A stretch of DNA of 64,000 nt from NCBI RefSeq assembly GCF_006345805.1, contig NC_043010.1:9920001-9984000 (forward strand), read 5' to 3'. Each line of letters opens with the position of its first letter. The first letter of the stretch is position 1. The stretch is from Octopus sinensis (taxonomy: Eukaryota). Of the stretch, positions 62,387-64,000 are shown piece after piece. The translations under genes and the position numbers were made by a program. Under the pieces are notes generated by a model, which was given only the letters and a program-made list of their open reading frames with translations, made no database searches and was not told the origin of the DNA.

Positions 62387-62967
62387 ATAAGCTAGTTATT
62401 TTCTGTGACAAAATTTAAGAAGTGTTGCTTCTTGAAAAAAAGAAAGGACTGCCACCATTGGAATCCTGTGACAGAACAAAGTTGAAGTCAGAGGTTGGGT
62501 AAGTGGATGCAGTGGTCCTGAGAATTCAAAGTAATGACATCACAGAGTTGAATTCTTTAATGTGTGCTACTGCATATGTCACCATGGAAAGAATGGGAAC
62601 GTTGAGGGGAAGGAAAGAAAATTGAAGAACTGTTCTGGAAAAGAAGAATCAAAGACAGTATTGACACATGGCGAATGGATTTGAGTACTACCGAGGTGTT
62701 AAGGCAAGGAAATATGTGGCTCAGGTAAAGAAAGTGGAACCAACTGAATAGGAAATACCATCTGAAGGAGAATGGAACTTTGTATTTCTATACAGACACG
62801 AAGCTGTAACTTAATCAACCAGATATCACTCTCCTAAGGAAAGAGACCAATAAAATGAACCTTCATTGATATAGCACTATACGAAGATCATAACATTATA
62901 AAGACAGAAAATGAGACAGCTGAATGGTATCAAAATCTTGCATTTGAAGGGAAGTGTATTTATAGAG

Positions 62968-63419
62968 TTCAACAAACTTGAAATCTTCAAAGCCACAGTC
63001 GAACCAATTCTACTATATGGCTCAGAAACCTGGACGTTATCAAAGAAGCTTGAGAGGCGGTTGGATGGAGCCTACACTCGCCTCCTTATGAGAGCTCAAA
63101 ATCTCTCGTGGAAGCGTCATCCAACCAAAATGCAAATATATGGGAAACTACCACCTGTGTCATCTCTTGTGAAAGGTAGGAGAGTTCAGTTTGCTGGACA
63201 TTGTTGTAGAGCTGAAAACGAGGCAATTTCTACTCTTCTCCTCTGGAAGCCATCTACTCGCAATACCAGAGGGCGCACACTCTCCTACGCTGATGTAATC
63301 TCCAGGGATACAGGCATCCAGCAACAGGACCTCCATAATGTCATGATGGACCGTGAAGTCTGGTGTAGCATGGTAAATTCCATTGTCTCGACCACGGTCG
63401 AACAATAACGATGATGATG
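62968..63419 (+). mobile_element. 5'-truncated RTE-group (RTEX-like) LINE with 10-bp TSD
   Basis: Open frame ILLYGSETWTL...RRVQFAGHC...LLLWKP...DREVW*, then (GAT)n; atttatagag at 62958-62967 and 63420-63429. Confidence 0.85.
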
Positions 63420-63716
63420 ATTTATAGAGCCTCAAAAGTGGGTGTGACACCCATTATGATTGCTGCATTCAGAAACATCTCAGAGAACATATAAAATTGG
63501 CATGGGAAGTCACAACTACCAAACATCTATGGAAGTAAAAAGTTAGCTACCATACTCAGAAAAAGCACATGTGTTGAGAAGTGTTGTGTTTCTAAGCCTC
63601 AGGAAGGAGCCGAGACAAGACATGGATAACCCAGGAGAACATTAAAACTTGAGAAAATCCCCAAAATAATATTAGTAATAGTAACAACAACAACAACAAC
63701 AATAATTTTAATAATA

Positions 63717-63766
<50 letters not shown>

Positions 63767-63933
63767 GCTGCTCATGTATTTTAATTGAACTTAAAAAAAA
63801 ATTTTTTTTTAAATAAACGAACTATTGAGTTTGGTTAAATGGCCTACCAATGTATACTATGAGTTTCTTTGCCCTAGGAGTCAGGAAGACACTCGGCAAG
63901 AAATGGAAGCAAATTTGAAAGAAGAAAAAAAAA

Positions 63934-63989
<56 letters not shown>

Positions 63990-64000
63990 CCTTTCTACTA

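Larger units (their letters stand above)
61340..63766 (+). mobile_element. Fragmented R4/Dong-clade LINE lacking its RT domain, with three nested insertions
   Basis: N-terminal motifs (LADEVKK; ITELNSL..ATAYV..ERMG; FWKRRIKDSI..RMDLS), RLE motifs (QPDITL...FIDIA..DHNI..TENE; TPIMIAAF; AHVLRSV), (AAT)n tail. Confidence 0.7.

Overview
Eukaryotic, AT-rich, extremely repeat-dense DNA. The SINE/LINE families and microsatellite style are most consistent with an octopod cephalopod genome (inference from recognised repeat families, not a database match). No host protein-coding gene can be identified with confidence. Only a few isolated candidate exons with good splice signals were found. Nearly all ORF-track entries are artefacts of microsatellites or SINE copies. 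The window contains: (i) several tRNA-derived SINE families, labelled A, B, B2, D, G, I and OR-like for this report only; (ii) non-LTR retrotransposon remnants from RTE (three distinct families, one with a PHD-finger-like C4HC3 insert inside the RT domain), CR1, L1/Tx1, R4/Dong and HERO/NeSL-like lineages; (iii) non-autonomous Helitrons and hAT- and piggyBac-type MITEs; (iv) about 12 kb of compound micro/minisatellite. The most notable observation is a short tandem element at about 35.06-35.69 kb that folds as a minimal type I hammerhead ribozyme with a compensatory U3-A8 core, in a retrozyme/Penelope-like tandem arrangement. It is interrupted by a SINE and copied again by a local duplication.
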